From NCBI GenBank assembly GCA_022565025.1, contig JADFKH010000001.1:1-48320 (forward strand): a DNA stretch of 48,320 bases. The letters run 5' to 3'. Shown in pieces: positions 19,356-28,849 of this stretch. This DNA comes from Pseudomonadota bacterium. Its GTDB lineage: Bacteria; Pseudomonadota; Gammaproteobacteria; Xanthomonadales; SZUA-36. The notes beneath the pieces are model-generated. The model was not told where the DNA came from, ran no database searches, and saw only the letters and a program-made list of their open reading frames with translations. Position numbers and translations under genes: made by a program. The first letter of the stretch is position 1, and each line of letters opens with the position of its first letter.

Positions 19356-19625
19356 CTATTCATCTTCACCGAAACGGCCATTGATCAGCTCATAAATTGC
19401 CTGCAGGGCGTCTTCCCGGTCAGGACCATCTGCTTCAATCACCAGCACGGTTCCCTTGCTGGCTGCCAGTGTCAGAACGCCCATGATGGACTTGGCGTTG
19501 ATGGTTTTTTTACCAATTTTAATCCACAGTTCGGCTTCAAACGCCGATGCACAGTTGACCAGACGCGTCGCCGCACGAGCGTGAAGGCCGAGCTTGTTTA
19601 CAATGGTGACCGATCTGGAATTCAT
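19356..19625 (-). CDS. ptsH: HPr-family phosphocarrier protein with both His15 and Ser46
   Basis: 89 aa. GLHARAA places His at residue 15, and KSIMGV places Ser at residue 46. Confidence 0.88.
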   Translation of the reverse strand: MNSRSVTIVNKLGLHARAATRLVNCASAFEAELWIKIGKKTINAKSIMGVLTLAASKGTVLVIEADGPDREDALQAIYELINGRFGEDE

Positions 19626-19630
19626 GGCTT

Positions 19631-20029
19631 TTATTCAATTGGCGGGTGAAATGCTTCAATACCCCGTATTCCACCCTGCACGGCTTTGTGTGTAAGCGAT
19701 TCCAGTGGTGTGTCACGGTAATTCCATACCCGGATGAGCATGGCCAGGTTGATGCCCGTTACCATGGCTGCGCGATACTCCTTGAGCAGGCCTGTTACCA
19801 AGTTTGCAGGGCTGGCGCCGACCAGGTCGGCAAGCACCAGGACGCCTTCACCATGATCACTTTGGGCGATGACCTGTTTTAGTTCATCGTCTCCGGTCGG
19901 CTGGTTCCCGGACTGGTTGAACTCAATACAGTGGATGCTACCAAGTGACTGTCCCAGGATGAACTCTGCGTCATTGACCAGGGACTGACCGGTCTGACCG
20001 TGCGTCACGATGACGATTCCCACGCTCAA
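19631..20029 (-). CDS. PTS EIIA component, mannose/fructose family (soluble, stand-alone)
   Basis: 132 aa. VGIVIVTHG has His10. The size and pattern fit an EIIA(Man) domain. There is a 4-nt overlap with rapZ. Confidence 0.8.
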   Translation of the reverse strand: MSVGIVIVTHGQTGQSLVNDAEFILGQSLGSIHCIEFNQSGNQPTGDDELKQVIAQSDHGEGVLVLADLVGASPANLVTGLLKEYRAAMVTGINLAMLIRVWNYRDTPLESLTHKAVQGGIRGIEAFHPPIE

Positions 20030-20910
20030 GATTGCAGTTCCCTGTGGTGAATGAGTATTCTTCCAAAATCGGAACGAAGACGTTTTGCCAGGCGATCAAC
20101 CAGGTAGACTGAACGATGCCTCCCGCCTGTACACCCGATAGCTACGGTAACATAGCTGCGCTGGCCGTCGCGGAAATCCGGCAGCCAGGCGAGCAGGAAT
20201 TGTTCAATATCCGCGTACATCCGATCCACTACTTCATTCGATTCCAGCCACTCACTCACCTTGCTGTCCAGTCCACTGAAATCACGCAGTTCTTCAACCC
20301 AATAGGGGTTCGGGAGGTTCCTTACATCAAATACAAAATCCACGTCCTGTGGTATGCCTCGTTTGTAAGCGAATGACTCCAGAACCACCATCATGGAATC
20401 ACGCTCTGTGCCCAGGCAATTCCAAACCTGGCGCTTGAGCTGATGGATGTTGGTATCGCTGGTGTCAATAATCCAGTCCGCCCTGCGCTTCAATGGTTCA
20501 AGCAGTTTTTTTTCCTTTTCGATGGCTTGCGGCAGTGAGTGCTGATCACCGGTCAGAGGGTGCCGCCGCCGGGTTTCACTGAATCGCTGGATGATGGCCT
20601 TTGTGTCCGCTGTCAGAAACAGTAACTGGCAATGGAGCCCGGTTTCGTTCCTTTCGTCCAGCCAATCCGGAATCGCCTCCAGTTCCGGGTCGCGCGAACG
20701 TGCGTCAATGCCCAGCGCGACCGTTGAATAAAGTGCTGGGTCTTTACCAATCTGTTGCACAAACTCTTTTAGCAGTGCAGCTGGAAGGTTATCCACGCAG
20801 TAGCAACCCTGGTCTTCCAGTGCTCTGAGCGCGGTGGATTTCCCGCTGCCGGACAGTCCGGTGACCAGGATCAATCGTTGCACCAGTTGGTCGCAGTGGG
20901 GTTGCCTCAA
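20026..20910 (-). CDS. rapZ: RNase adapter protein RapZ (YhbJ). The start is uncertain: TTG 20910 or GTG 20883.
   Basis: Walker A LVTGLSGSGKST near the N-terminus and the C-terminal GCTGGRHRSV motif. Confidence 0.88.
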   Translation of the reverse strand: MRQPHCDQLVQRLILVTGLSGSGKSTALRALEDQGCYCVDNLPAALLKEFVQQIGKDPALYSTVALGIDARSRDPELEAIPDWLDERNETGLHCQLLFLTADTKAIIQRFSETRRRHPLTGDQHSLPQAIEKEKKLLEPLKRRADWIIDTSDTNIHQLKRQVWNCLGTERDSMMVVLESFAYKRGIPQDVDFVFDVRNLPNPYWVEELRDFSGLDSKVSEWLESNEVVDRMYADIEQFLLAWLPDFRDGQRSYVTVAIGCTGGRHRSVYLVDRLAKRLRSDFGRILIHHRELQS

Positions 20911-21869
20911 TCTTTGGGGCCTCGTCGATTGCGTCTCAGTATTCGTGTGTGCCTCTCGATAAAAGCAGAAGCCGCATCATAACCCTTCATTTTCAACATG
21001 AAATCACGCACAGCAGCCTCGGTCATCACGGCCATGTTTCTCCCTGCCAGAACCGGTAGTGCGATGCGAGGAACATCGAGTTCAAGTACCTTCTGGGTAT
21101 TGAGGTCACCATGCAGGCGATCCTTGATTTCAGGCTTGGCAGTGTCCCCTGGGATTTCCAGGTGAATGATGAGGCGAAGAAACTTGTTCAGCTTTATGGC
21201 GGCATCACCGAACATTCGCCGCACATTGAGGACACCGAGCCCACGAACTTCAAGACAATCCTGAAGGGCTTCAGGGCAGGTTCCATCAATGACATCCGGG
21301 GAGACCTGGGTGAATTGCGGTGCGTCATCCGCGATCAGCCGGTGCCCTCTGTTCAGCAGATCCAAAGCCACTTCACTCTTGCCACTGCCCGGGTCCCCGG
21401 TAATCTGCACGCCAATCGTGAATACCTCCATGAATACGCCGTGTAGGGTTGTACGCCGGGCGAGCTTGCGAGCAATGTGGTACTGGAGATAGTTCACCAG
21501 TTTCCAGGCTGGATTATCCGTTCTCATCAGCGCTGTTCCACTGCCCGTTGCTGCACCGATGATGGAGGGCGGTATGTCCAGGCCGTCACCAATGACAATC
21601 GCCAGGGGTTTGCTTTTGAGAATCTGCTCCAGCGTCACGGCCAGTTCAGCGGATTGCAGGGAATCGAGGTAGCGTATTTCCGCTTCGCCGAGCACCTGGA
21701 CCTTGTTGGGATGGATCAGGTTCAAGAAACCGGCCAGGTCAGGTCTGGCGGACAGGTCACCTGCAGAAATGGAGTACGGCTTGCTTTCGCCGGTCCCCGC
21801 GGCCCAATGCAGACTCAACCTGTCGTGCAAGTCATCGAAAAGATTCCGGGCTGTGAGCGAATGCGTCAA
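20907..21869 (-). CDS. hprK: HPr kinase/phosphorylase
   Basis: 320 aa. P-loop GDPGSGKSEVALDL and LIADD. The N-terminus (ITARNLFDDLHDRLSL) resembles proteobacterial HprK. TTG start. Confidence 0.85.
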   Translation of the reverse strand: MTHSLTARNLFDDLHDRLSLHWAAGTGESKPYSISAGDLSARPDLAGFLNLIHPNKVQVLGEAEIRYLDSLQSAELAVTLEQILKSKPLAIVIGDGLDIPPSIIGAATGSGTALMRTDNPAWKLVNYLQYHIARKLARRTTLHGVFMEVFTIGVQITGDPGSGKSEVALDLLNRGHRLIADDAPQFTQVSPDVIDGTCPEALQDCLEVRGLGVLNVRRMFGDAAIKLNKFLRLIIHLEIPGDTAKPEIKDRLHGDLNTQKVLELDVPRIALPVLAGRNMAVMTEAAVRDFMLKMKGYDAASAFIERHTRILRRNRRGPKD

Positions 21870-21876
21870 GTGCGGG

Positions 21877-22344
21877 CTAATGGGAGGTGTTGTGCTGGGA
21901 GGAGGACAGCAATTGCAACAGCTTGCCGGGGCTTTGGGCTACGCGCAATTCTTGCAGCAGATCCGGGTCGCTTAATAGTTCTGCTACCTGAGCCAGCAGT
22001 TTCAGGTGGTCTTCATTGCAGCTTTCCGGCACCGTCATCGCGAACAGCAGGTCTACGGGTTTGCCGTCAATGGCGTCGAAAGGAACGGGTTTTTTCAGGC
22101 AGATGAATGCAGCCTCGATGTCCCGGCTGCCTTTGACCCGGCCATGCGGAATAGCGACCCCATTGCCAAGCCCGGTGCTGCCCAGACGCTCCCGTGCGCA
22201 GAGACTCTCAAAAATTTCTCTTTGGCACAGATCGTCACTGTTTCGGGCGAGTTCTTTGCTGATGGTTTCCAGCAATCGCTTTTTGCTGCTGCTGTGCACA
22301 TCGCACAGAATTCGTTCTGGACTAAGCAGGTCACTTAAAAGCAT
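21877..22344 (-). CDS. ptsN: Nitrogen-regulatory PTS EIIA(Ntr)
   Basis: 155 aa. GNGVAIPHGR contains the active-site His. The position between hpf and hprK/rapZ fits. Confidence 0.9.
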   Translation of the reverse strand: MLLSDLLSPERILCDVHSSSKKRLLETISKELARNSDDLCQREIFESLCARERLGSTGLGNGVAIPHGRVKGSRDIEAAFICLKKPVPFDAIDGKPVDLLFAMTVPESCNEDHLKLLAQVAELLSDPDLLQELRVAQSPGKLLQLLSSSQHNTSH

Positions 22345-22410
22345 TGGTATAGAAACTGCCTTGGGAGACTCTGATTCATGGATGTTAACGCTACCTGGAC
22401 GGGTCCTGGA

Positions 22411-22725
22411 TCAACCGTTGGAAGCTGCACGCCTGGCGTGGTGACTTCTCATTCGATCTTTGTATCGCCTTACCTGTTTGTCCAACTTGTCAACAAGACC
22501 ATCGATCGCAGCGTACATGTCACTATCAATTTCGTGGGCAAACAGTGCTTTGCCGGCAGCGTTGACGGTACCTTCAGCTTGCTGCTGGTGGTTTTCGACT
22601 TTGAGAATTACATTGATCGAAATCACGTGATCTAAATGGCGGGAAATACGCTGCATTTTCTCAGTCACATACGCTCTGAGTGCAGATGTTACTTCTACGT
22701 GATGTCCGGTAACGTTAATTTGCAT
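22411..22725 (-). CDS. hpf: Ribosome hibernation promoting factor (short HPF)
   Basis: 104 aa starting MQINVTGHHVEVTSALRAYV. It lies immediately downstream of rpoN. Confidence 0.9.
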   Translation of the reverse strand: MQINVTGHHVEVTSALRAYVTEKMQRISRHLDHVISINVILKVENHQQQAEGTVNAAGKALFAHEIDSDMYAAIDGLVDKLDKQVRRYKDRMRSHHARRAASNG

Positions 22726-22806
22726 GTCGTTTTCCTGTAAAAAAGTCAGTCCTGTACAGCGATGATCTTATACCCGATTTCGATCAATGCATAGATCAAT
22801 CAATCC

Positions 22807-24252
22807 TCAAATTCGGGAGGATTTTTGTTTGTACAGGCGCCGTCGTTCATTGGACGAACCTATGCCCAGGGACTCGCGGTATTTCGCAACTGTTCTGCGT
22901 GCCGCGCAGATACCGGTCTGGTGAAGAAGGGTAGACAAGTCTTGATCGCTCAGCGGACTCTGTTGTGGTTCATTGAGCAGCAACACCTGTAAATATGCTT
23001 TTACTGAAGTGGCGCTGATCGTGCCGCCGCGGTCTGTCTTTACATGGCTCGAAAAGAAATACTTCAGTTCGTACAGGCCCCTGGGCGTCAGCATGTATTT
23101 TCGTGTGGTGGCGCGCGAAACAGTTGATTCGTGAACACCCACGCTATCGGCAATGTCTTTTAATACCAAGGGTTTCATTGCGATATCTCCCTGTTCCAGG
23201 AAATCTTGCTGGGAATCAACAATGGCCTGTGAAACTTTCAATAAGGTGCGGTTTCGCATTTCCAGGCTGGACATCAGCCACCGCGCCTCCTGCAACCGGC
23301 CCCGCAGGTACTTCGCATCTTTTCCGCCTGACTTGCGCAGCAGATCAACGTAATAATTATTAAGGCGCAAGCCCGGTTCATTTTCCGGGTTCAGCGTGAC
23401 TCTCCATTCGCTGTGTGAGCGTGTAACATAGATATCGGGAACCAGGTACTCGTCGTGGCGGTTATCGTAGCGAGCACCGGGTCTTGGCTCGAGGGACTGT
23501 ATCAGGTCCAGTGCCTGTGACAGGGATTCCCCGTCGGCGCGGGTATTTTTCTTTAGTTTGTCGTATTCATGCCGGGCGACGAGGTCAAGAAAATCACGCG
23601 CGATCCGCAGGGCGAGTTCCCTCGCAGGTGTATCAGCCGGCAAAGCGGATAATTGAACCAGGATGCATTCTGCGGCATCCCGCGTCGCGACACCCACCGG
23701 TTCCATTCGCTGCACCCGGTGAAGTACGGCCAGTACCTCGTCCTCACCCACCAGCAATTCCGGCGCCAGGCTGGCGCGGATGTCCTGGATGCTGTCGGGC
23801 AGGAAGCCATCATCATCCAGTCCGTATACGATCGCCGTGGCGATGCCGGTATCCACGGGGCTGAAATGTGAAAGGTTTACCTGCCACAGCAAGTGTTCCT
23901 GCAGGGAATCCGTGCCGGTATCGGCAATCTGTGGCTCCATGCCGTAGCTCTCGAAGGAGCTGCGTTCCGCCCACTGTTCCTCGCCTGGACCGGCGACTTC
24001 CCAGTCAGCGTTGTCTTTTTCCTCCGGGTGGTCATAAACGCTTTCGCTTGCTTTGGGGTCAAGATCGACGGAATCCTGATCCTGGGTTGCGTCGGATTCA
24101 TCCCGTTCCAGCAGTGGATTGGAGTCCAGGGCATCCTGGATATATTCACGAAGTTCGATCCGGTTGAGTTGCAACAGGCGGATAGCCTGTTGCAGCTGAG
24201 GCGACAAGGAGAGCTTCTGTGTAAGCCTGAGTTGGAGTGACAGGTCGGCCAT
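22807..24252 (-). CDS. rpoN: RNA polymerase sigma-54 factor
   Basis: Start set at ATG 24252 (MADLSLQLRLTQKLSLSPQLQQAIRLLQL). The RpoN box ARRTVAKYR is near the C-terminus, with an HTH region VHESTVSRA. Confidence 0.93.
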   Translation of the reverse strand: MADLSLQLRLTQKLSLSPQLQQAIRLLQLNRIELREYIQDALDSNPLLERDESDATQDQDSVDLDPKASESVYDHPEEKDNADWEVAGPGEEQWAERSSFESYGMEPQIADTGTDSLQEHLLWQVNLSHFSPVDTGIATAIVYGLDDDGFLPDSIQDIRASLAPELLVGEDEVLAVLHRVQRMEPVGVATRDAAECILVQLSALPADTPARELALRIARDFLDLVARHEYDKLKKNTRADGESLSQALDLIQSLEPRPGARYDNRHDEYLVPDIYVTRSHSEWRVTLNPENEPGLRLNNYYVDLLRKSGGKDAKYLRGRLQEARWLMSSLEMRNRTLLKVSQAIVDSQQDFLEQGDIAMKPLVLKDIADSVGVHESTVSRATTRKYMLTPRGLYELKYFFSSHVKTDRGGTISATSVKAYLQVLLLNEPQQSPLSDQDLSTLLHQTGICAARRTVAKYRESLGIGSSNERRRLYKQKSSRI

Positions 24253-24259
24253 TTTTTGG

Positions 24260-24979
24260 TCAGAGACTAAATTCTCTGCCCAGGTAAACATTGCGCACTT
24301 CGTCGTTGGCAAGAATTTCTGCGGGTTTGCCTTCGGCGAGCACCTGGCCCTCATTTAGGATGTATGCGTGGTCACAGATACCCAGGGTTTCCCTGACATT
24401 GTGATCCGTAATCAGGACTCCGATGTCCATTTTAGTCAGCTGTTTGACGATTTTCTGAATTTCAACCACGGAAATAGGGTCGATGCCTGCGAATGGTTCA
24501 TCCAGCAATATAAACCTCGGGCCAGCAGCCAAAGCCCTAGCGATTTCTGTGCGTCGGCGTTCCCCGCCTGAGAGACTGATGCCCATTTGCTCAGCCAGGT
24601 GCGAGATACCGAGGTCTTCCATCAATTGTTGCGCCATTTCGTTCCTACCCGACTCTCCGAGTTCGGAGCGCATTTCCAGTATGGCCATGATGTTATCTGC
24701 AACGCTCAGTTTGCGGAATATTGATGCATCCTGTGGCAGATAACCCACCCCGAGTCCGGCGCGGACGTTGACCGGTTCGTGTGTGACATCGACTCCATCA
24801 ACAATGATTTTGCCGGCGCCAACAGAAATCAGGCCGACAATCATGTAAAAACAGGTTGTTTTACCTGCCCCGTTGGGCCCCAGCAAGCCAACGACTCTGC
24901 CGGGCTCAACCTGCATGGTCACGCCTCGAACGACGTCTCTTTTGCCGAATGATTTATGGAGATTTACCGCTTTGAGCAT
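24260..24979 (-). CDS. lptB: LPS export ABC transporter ATP-binding protein LptB
   Basis: Start set at ATG 24979 (MLKAVNLHKSF). Walker A GPNGAGKTT, signature LSGGERRR, Walker B ILLDEP. Confidence 0.93.
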   Translation of the reverse strand: MLKAVNLHKSFGKRDVVRGVTMQVEPGRVVGLLGPNGAGKTTCFYMIVGLISVGAGKIIVDGVDVTHEPVNVRAGLGVGYLPQDASIFRKLSVADNIMAILEMRSELGESGRNEMAQQLMEDLGISHLAEQMGISLSGGERRRTEIARALAAGPRFILLDEPFAGIDPISVVEIQKIVKQLTKMDIGVLITDHNVRETLGICDHAYILNEGQVLAEGKPAEILANDEVRNVYLGREFSL

Positions 24980-24980
24980 G

Positions 24981-25529
24981 TCACTGATTTGATCCCTGGC
25001 TTGGTTTTTCTTCGCTGTCGTAGCGGGTGTCGATGTCTGGTATGACTTCCGGATCCAGTTCGATACGAATCCGTCCATTGCCGTCACCCCCGTTACCCTC
25101 GAAGTGCTGCAAATCCATGTTATAGATCAACAATTCTCCGCTGACATGGTACTGGGGGTGAATGACCGTGGCAGCACCGGTCAAAGTAATAATACCGGTG
25201 GCGACCTCGTATTCGATTTTCAGTGCCTCTGCCTGGACCAGGCCTTCCTCTTCAATTTCCAGCTCGAGGTGCACGGGTTTGCCGGTCAAAACGATAGTGC
25301 GTACACGGCCATCCAATTTTTCAACTTCCGCGACATCGGCTTTAACCAACAATGAACCCTGGCGAATCACCACGTTGCCGTAGAGCACGGCTATGCCGTC
25401 ACCTAGGGTGCCTTCTGTTGCATCGGCATCGATTTCCAGTGCTTGCTTCCGGTCGGATTCCAGGGCCATTAGCTGGCCGGACAGAACAAACAGGGCCAGG
25501 CCCGCCAGCATCTTCCTAAGGAATATCAT
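24981..25529 (-). CDS. lptA: LPS transport periplasmic protein LptA
   Basis: 182 aa with a signal peptide (LAGLALFVLSGQLMA) and an OstA-like beta-jellyroll sequence. The position between lptC and lptB fits. Confidence 0.85.
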   Translation of the reverse strand: MIFLRKMLAGLALFVLSGQLMALESDRKQALEIDADATEGTLGDGIAVLYGNVVIRQGSLLVKADVAEVEKLDGRVRTIVLTGKPVHLELEIEEEGLVQAEALKIEYEVATGIITLTGAATVIHPQYHVSGELLIYNMDLQHFEGNGGDGNGRIRIELDPEVIPDIDTRYDSEEKPSQGSNQ

Positions 25530-26079
25530 AATGAGCTCGCACGTCGTTCAGCAGTTCAAAGTTGTCATTGATCATGTCCAGATTCATACCCAGGGCATCA
25601 AGCCGGTCGCCGTCCTGGACAATGGTGACAAACGATTCCGTGCTTGCCGTCCGCGGCGTTACCTTTAACATGACATCTCTGGTTGTAATATTGAGTGTTT
25701 CACCACTGATCTGGTTCAATCGCAGCATGTTTACATCGCCAATCAGCGAAATATATTCCCGGTCAGCGGTGATGATTGCAGACTCGGCGGTGATGTGCCA
25801 CTGCTGATCAACCTGTTTTATGCGAATTTGGGGGCTTTCTATCGTGGCCACTTCACTTTGGGCGACTTGCCTGAGAAGTGGCGATGAGATTTGCAGGTTG
25901 ATGTTTCCCTGCTTGTCGAGTAATTGGCTGTTGAAATCCCACAACGCGTAGTTCAACTGGGTGTCGAGTCGCGCCGGAGGTTGGTTAAGCGAGTCGGAAG
26001 AACTCTTCGGTAACAGCCAGGTAATGATTGCCAGAACGGTCAAGAAAATAATGCCATGCCTGGTTTTGCGCTTGATCAC
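25516..26079 (-). CDS. lptC: LPS export system protein LptC
   Basis: 187 aa with a single N-terminal TM anchor (GIIFLTVLAIITWLL). The GTG start overlaps the kdsC stop, and the synteny fits. Confidence 0.8.
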   Translation of the reverse strand: MIKRKTRHGIIFLTVLAIITWLLPKSSSDSLNQPPARLDTQLNYALWDFNSQLLDKQGNINLQISSPLLRQVAQSEVATIESPQIRIKQVDQQWHITAESAIITADREYISLIGDVNMLRLNQISGETLNITTRDVMLKVTPRTASTESFVTIVQDGDRLDALGMNLDMINDNFELLNDVRAHYDIP

Positions 26080-26651
26080 GGCTTAAACCCTGGTGCAATA
26101 TTCGGCTTAAGAATCTCATCAAGCACTTTCTTTTCCAGTCCCTGCGCAGCCAGTACCAGGTTGCATATTTCGCGCACAGCACCCTTTCCGCCACTGTGGG
26201 ATGTTACCCAGTGAACACTGTCCTTGACGATTTTGTCGGCTTCGGGCACGGTGACAGCTAGACCGACCCGCTCCAACACAGGAAGGTCGATCCAGTCATC
26301 ACCGGCATAACAGACCTGTTGTTCATCGATACCCGTTTTCTCCAGCAAATGAATGAATGCATCCAGTTTGTCGTTGCGTCCCTGGTAGACGTGCACGATG
26401 CCGAGTTGCTCTGCCCGCCGATCAACAATTTCCGACTGCCGGCCGGTAATCAGGGCCAGTTCAATCCCGCACAGTTGCAGGCATCTCAAGCCCAGGCCGT
26501 CCCGGATTGAAAAGGCCTTCATTTCGTTGCCGTTGTTGTCGAAATAAAGGCTGCCATCGGTCAGCACACCATCGACGTCGAGAACCAGCATCCTGATCGA
26601 TGCCGCTCTTTCGAGCAGCAAGGGGTCGAAACCGCTTTTGTCAATTAACAT
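26076..26651 (-). CDS. kdsC: 3-deoxy-D-manno-octulosonate 8-phosphate phosphatase KdsC
   Basis: HAD motif LVLDVDGVLTDG, plus GDDWIDLP and GGKGAVRE. Start chosen at ATG 26651 because AAGGTGA lies 6 nt upstream. ATG 26675 is the alternative. Confidence 0.88.
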   Translation of the reverse strand: MLIDKSGFDPLLLERAASIRMLVLDVDGVLTDGSLYFDNNGNEMKAFSIRDGLGLRCLQLCGIELALITGRQSEIVDRRAEQLGIVHVYQGRNDKLDAFIHLLEKTGIDEQQVCYAGDDWIDLPVLERVGLAVTVPEADKIVKDSVHWVTSHSGGKGAVREICNLVLAAQGLEKKVLDEILKPNIAPGFKP

Positions 26652-26690
26652 CGATATCACCTTGATGCACTGCATCGGTGTGAACAGGCC

Positions 26691-27662
26691 CTAAACAACG
26701 CCGGCTTTTAATAGGTCCTGGAAATTAAGCGCACCGACCAGTTGCCCGTCGTCATCAATTACCAGCAAGCCCTGTATGGAGTGTGCCTGCATCATTTGAA
26801 CGGCCTCCATAGCCAGCGCCTTGGGTGAAATATGCTTGCCACCGTGAGTCATGGTCGCTGAGACCAGCGTGTTATGAGGATCGAGACCTGAGTCCAGTGT
26901 ACGCCTGAGATCTCCGTCTGTATAAATACCGCTGACCTTGCCTGAAACATCGACCACAGCCGTCATACCCAGCCTCTTGCGCGTCATTTCAACGATAGCC
27001 TGTGAGATGGTTGACTGCTCATCGACGCAGGGAATATTTTCACCCGTGTGCATGATGTCCTGGATGTGCAGCAGGATTCTCCGGCCCAGCTGGCCGGCAG
27101 GGTGGGACCGCGCGAAATCCTCGCGGGTGAAACCCTTTGATTCCAGCAGCGAAACCGCGAGCACATCGCCCATGACGAGTGCAACGGTAGTGCTGGAGGT
27201 TGGTGCAAGGCCAAGCGGACAGGCTTCTTCTGCCACGCTGACATCCAGGTGAATATCAGCATGCCGAGCCAGGGTAGAGTCCGTGTTGCCCGTCATTGCG
27301 ATAATTCTGACACCCAGGCGTTTCAACACCGGCAGGATCAGGTTGACCTCATCGGTCTCACCTGAATTGGAAAGCGCCAGGACAACGTCGGTTTTCTTGA
27401 TCATGCCCAGGTCGCCGTGACTGGCTTCGGCAGGATGAACGAAGAAAGCAGGCGTGCCGGTGCTGGCCAGCGTGGCGGCAATTTTGCCCCCGATATGGCC
27501 GGACTTTCCCATCCCGATGACCACGATGCGGCCCTCGCAGTCGAGCATGATCTCGCAAGCCCGGCAAAAAGATTCATCAATCCGGTCCAGCAGTGCACTC
27601 ACTGCAGCCGCCTCGTTTTCGATAACGGCCTGAGCCAGGGTTATGATGTCATCTTTATTCAT
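26691..27662 (-). CDS. kdsD: Arabinose-5-phosphate isomerase KdsD (SIS plus tandem CBS)
   Basis: SIS motifs GMGKSGHIG and SNSGET, followed by a C-terminal CBS pair. Canonical position upstream of kdsC. Confidence 0.92.
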   Translation of the reverse strand: MNKDDIITLAQAVIENEAAAVSALLDRIDESFCRACEIMLDCEGRIVVIGMGKSGHIGGKIAATLASTGTPAFFVHPAEASHGDLGMIKKTDVVLALSNSGETDEVNLILPVLKRLGVRIIAMTGNTDSTLARHADIHLDVSVAEEACPLGLAPTSSTTVALVMGDVLAVSLLESKGFTREDFARSHPAGQLGRRILLHIQDIMHTGENIPCVDEQSTISQAIVEMTRKRLGMTAVVDVSGKVSGIYTDGDLRRTLDSGLDPHNTLVSATMTHGGKHISPKALAMEAVQMMQAHSIQGLLVIDDDGQLVGALNFQDLLKAGVV

Positions 27663-27703
27663 CAACCTATTTTACCTGTCGGGTGCACACAGTACAGCAC
27701 GCC

Positions 27704-28681
27704 CTAAGGAATAACCCGCGTGGCCGTGATCCAGACCAGAACCTGGTAGCAACCATAGATGGCCAGGAGGAGACAACCGGATTTCCGGCTGATTCTGCCT
27801 GGCCCGCTGATGCCGTAAGCCATGAAGAATAACAGCACCGTTAGCAGAAACATCACCGGGAAGTCCTGCTTGAGCATGAGGTCCTCGACCTGCACCGGGC
27901 TGATGGTTGCCGCGATACCCAGCACCCCCAGGATATTGAACATATTGGACCCGATAACGGTGCCGATGGCCAGGTCGTCTTCCTTGCGCAGAGCGCTGGT
28001 CAACGCTGCTGCCAATTCTGGCAGGCTGGTTCCGAAAGCGACGATCGTCAGCCCGATCACGGCGTCCGAAACTGCCAGCGACTGCGCAATGCTGACGGCT
28101 CCTTCGACCAGGAAACTTGAACTCAACGGCAGGATCACCAGGCCGACCAGCAACCACATTACGGCTACCTTCATCGGCATATCGCTTGGAATCTCGGCGG
28201 CGAATTCCTTGGCCAGGGGATCCTGGGGCCCTCGCCTTAAGCCAAAACGAACCATCCAGATAACCAGGACGGCCAGACCAAAGAGCATCAGCCAGCCCTC
28301 CGTGCGTGTATATACCAGGTCAGCTGCCATGATAAAACTGCTGATCATGATGAGCATCAGCAAGGGATATTCACGTTTGAGGACTTCGGACTTGACCCTG
28401 AGTGGATAGATCAACGCCGTTAAACCGAGGATCAACCCGATGTTCGCAATATTTGACCCGATCGCGTTGCCGACGGCGAGCCCGGGGTTGCCCTGGTAGG
28501 CGGCTATAGCGGAAACGACCAATTCCGGTGACGAAGTACCGAAAGCGACTATGGTCAGCCCGATGACCAGGGGAGAGACACCGAGATTTCTGGCTGTCGC
28601 CGAAGCACCCGCAACCAGGCGATCCGCTCCCCACACCAGCAAGATAAATCCGCCGATGATTTGGACGATGGGAATGAGCAT
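27704..28681 (-). CDS. yrbG: Ca2+/Na+ antiporter family membrane protein (YrbG-like, CaCA)
   Basis: 325 aa, polytopic, with the duplicated alpha-repeat motif (GLTIVAFGTSSPEL and GLTIVAFGTSLPEL). Same position relative to kdsD as E. coli yrbG. Confidence 0.85.
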   Translation of the reverse strand: MLIPIVQIIGGFILLVWGADRLVAGASATARNLGVSPLVIGLTIVAFGTSSPELVVSAIAAYQGNPGLAVGNAIGSNIANIGLILGLTALIYPLRVKSEVLKREYPLLMLIMISSFIMAADLVYTRTEGWLMLFGLAVLVIWMVRFGLRRGPQDPLAKEFAAEIPSDMPMKVAVMWLLVGLVILPLSSSFLVEGAVSIAQSLAVSDAVIGLTIVAFGTSLPELAAALTSALRKEDDLAIGTVIGSNMFNILGVLGIAATISPVQVEDLMLKQDFPVMFLLTVLLFFMAYGISGPGRISRKSGCLLLAIYGCYQVLVWITATRVIP

Positions 28682-28755
28682 CAGGTGGGTGATTTCCCGT
28701 CAACCCGAATAGGACAAAATATACTTTTCATTTTGGAGTCCTTTTGTCCACAAAT

Positions 28756-28815
28756 TTCTAAATATGATTACATTTAACTGTTTGTTGGTCCGCTTTCGTG
28801 CAATATGCCGGCTAA
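28756..28815 (+). repeat. Copy Y of the 60-bp repeated segment (partner at 8955..9014)
   Basis: 47/60 identical without gaps. It includes an ATG at 28764 that opens a 34-codon ORF (28764..28868) overlapping the ibaG start. Confidence 0.8.
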
Positions 28816-28849
28816 AACCGATGATTACAGATACGAGGATGCATAGTCT

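Noticed and set aside
22726-22806. Searched the intergenic regions of the rpoN cluster and elsewhere for sigma-54 (TGGCAC-N5-TTGC) promoters. Also noted the GATCAAT direct repeat in the rpoN-hpf spacer.
   Set aside because: I found no -24/-12 match with correct spacing. The TGGCAC occurrences at about 33651 and 45533 are intragenic and lack the TTGC element. The 7-bp repeat is too short to interpret.
24253-24354. N-terminal extensions of the six-frame ORFs for rpoN (to 24354), lptB (to 25087), the amidohydrolase (to 13653), the 586-aa lipoprotein (to 37965), sufB (from 43184), sufD (from 45366) and the Rrf2 regulator (from 42664).
   Set aside because: The extensions overlap the upstream gene or lack an RBS. 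The internal starts reproduce canonical family N-termini or signal peptides and usually have a Shine-Dalgarno sequence.
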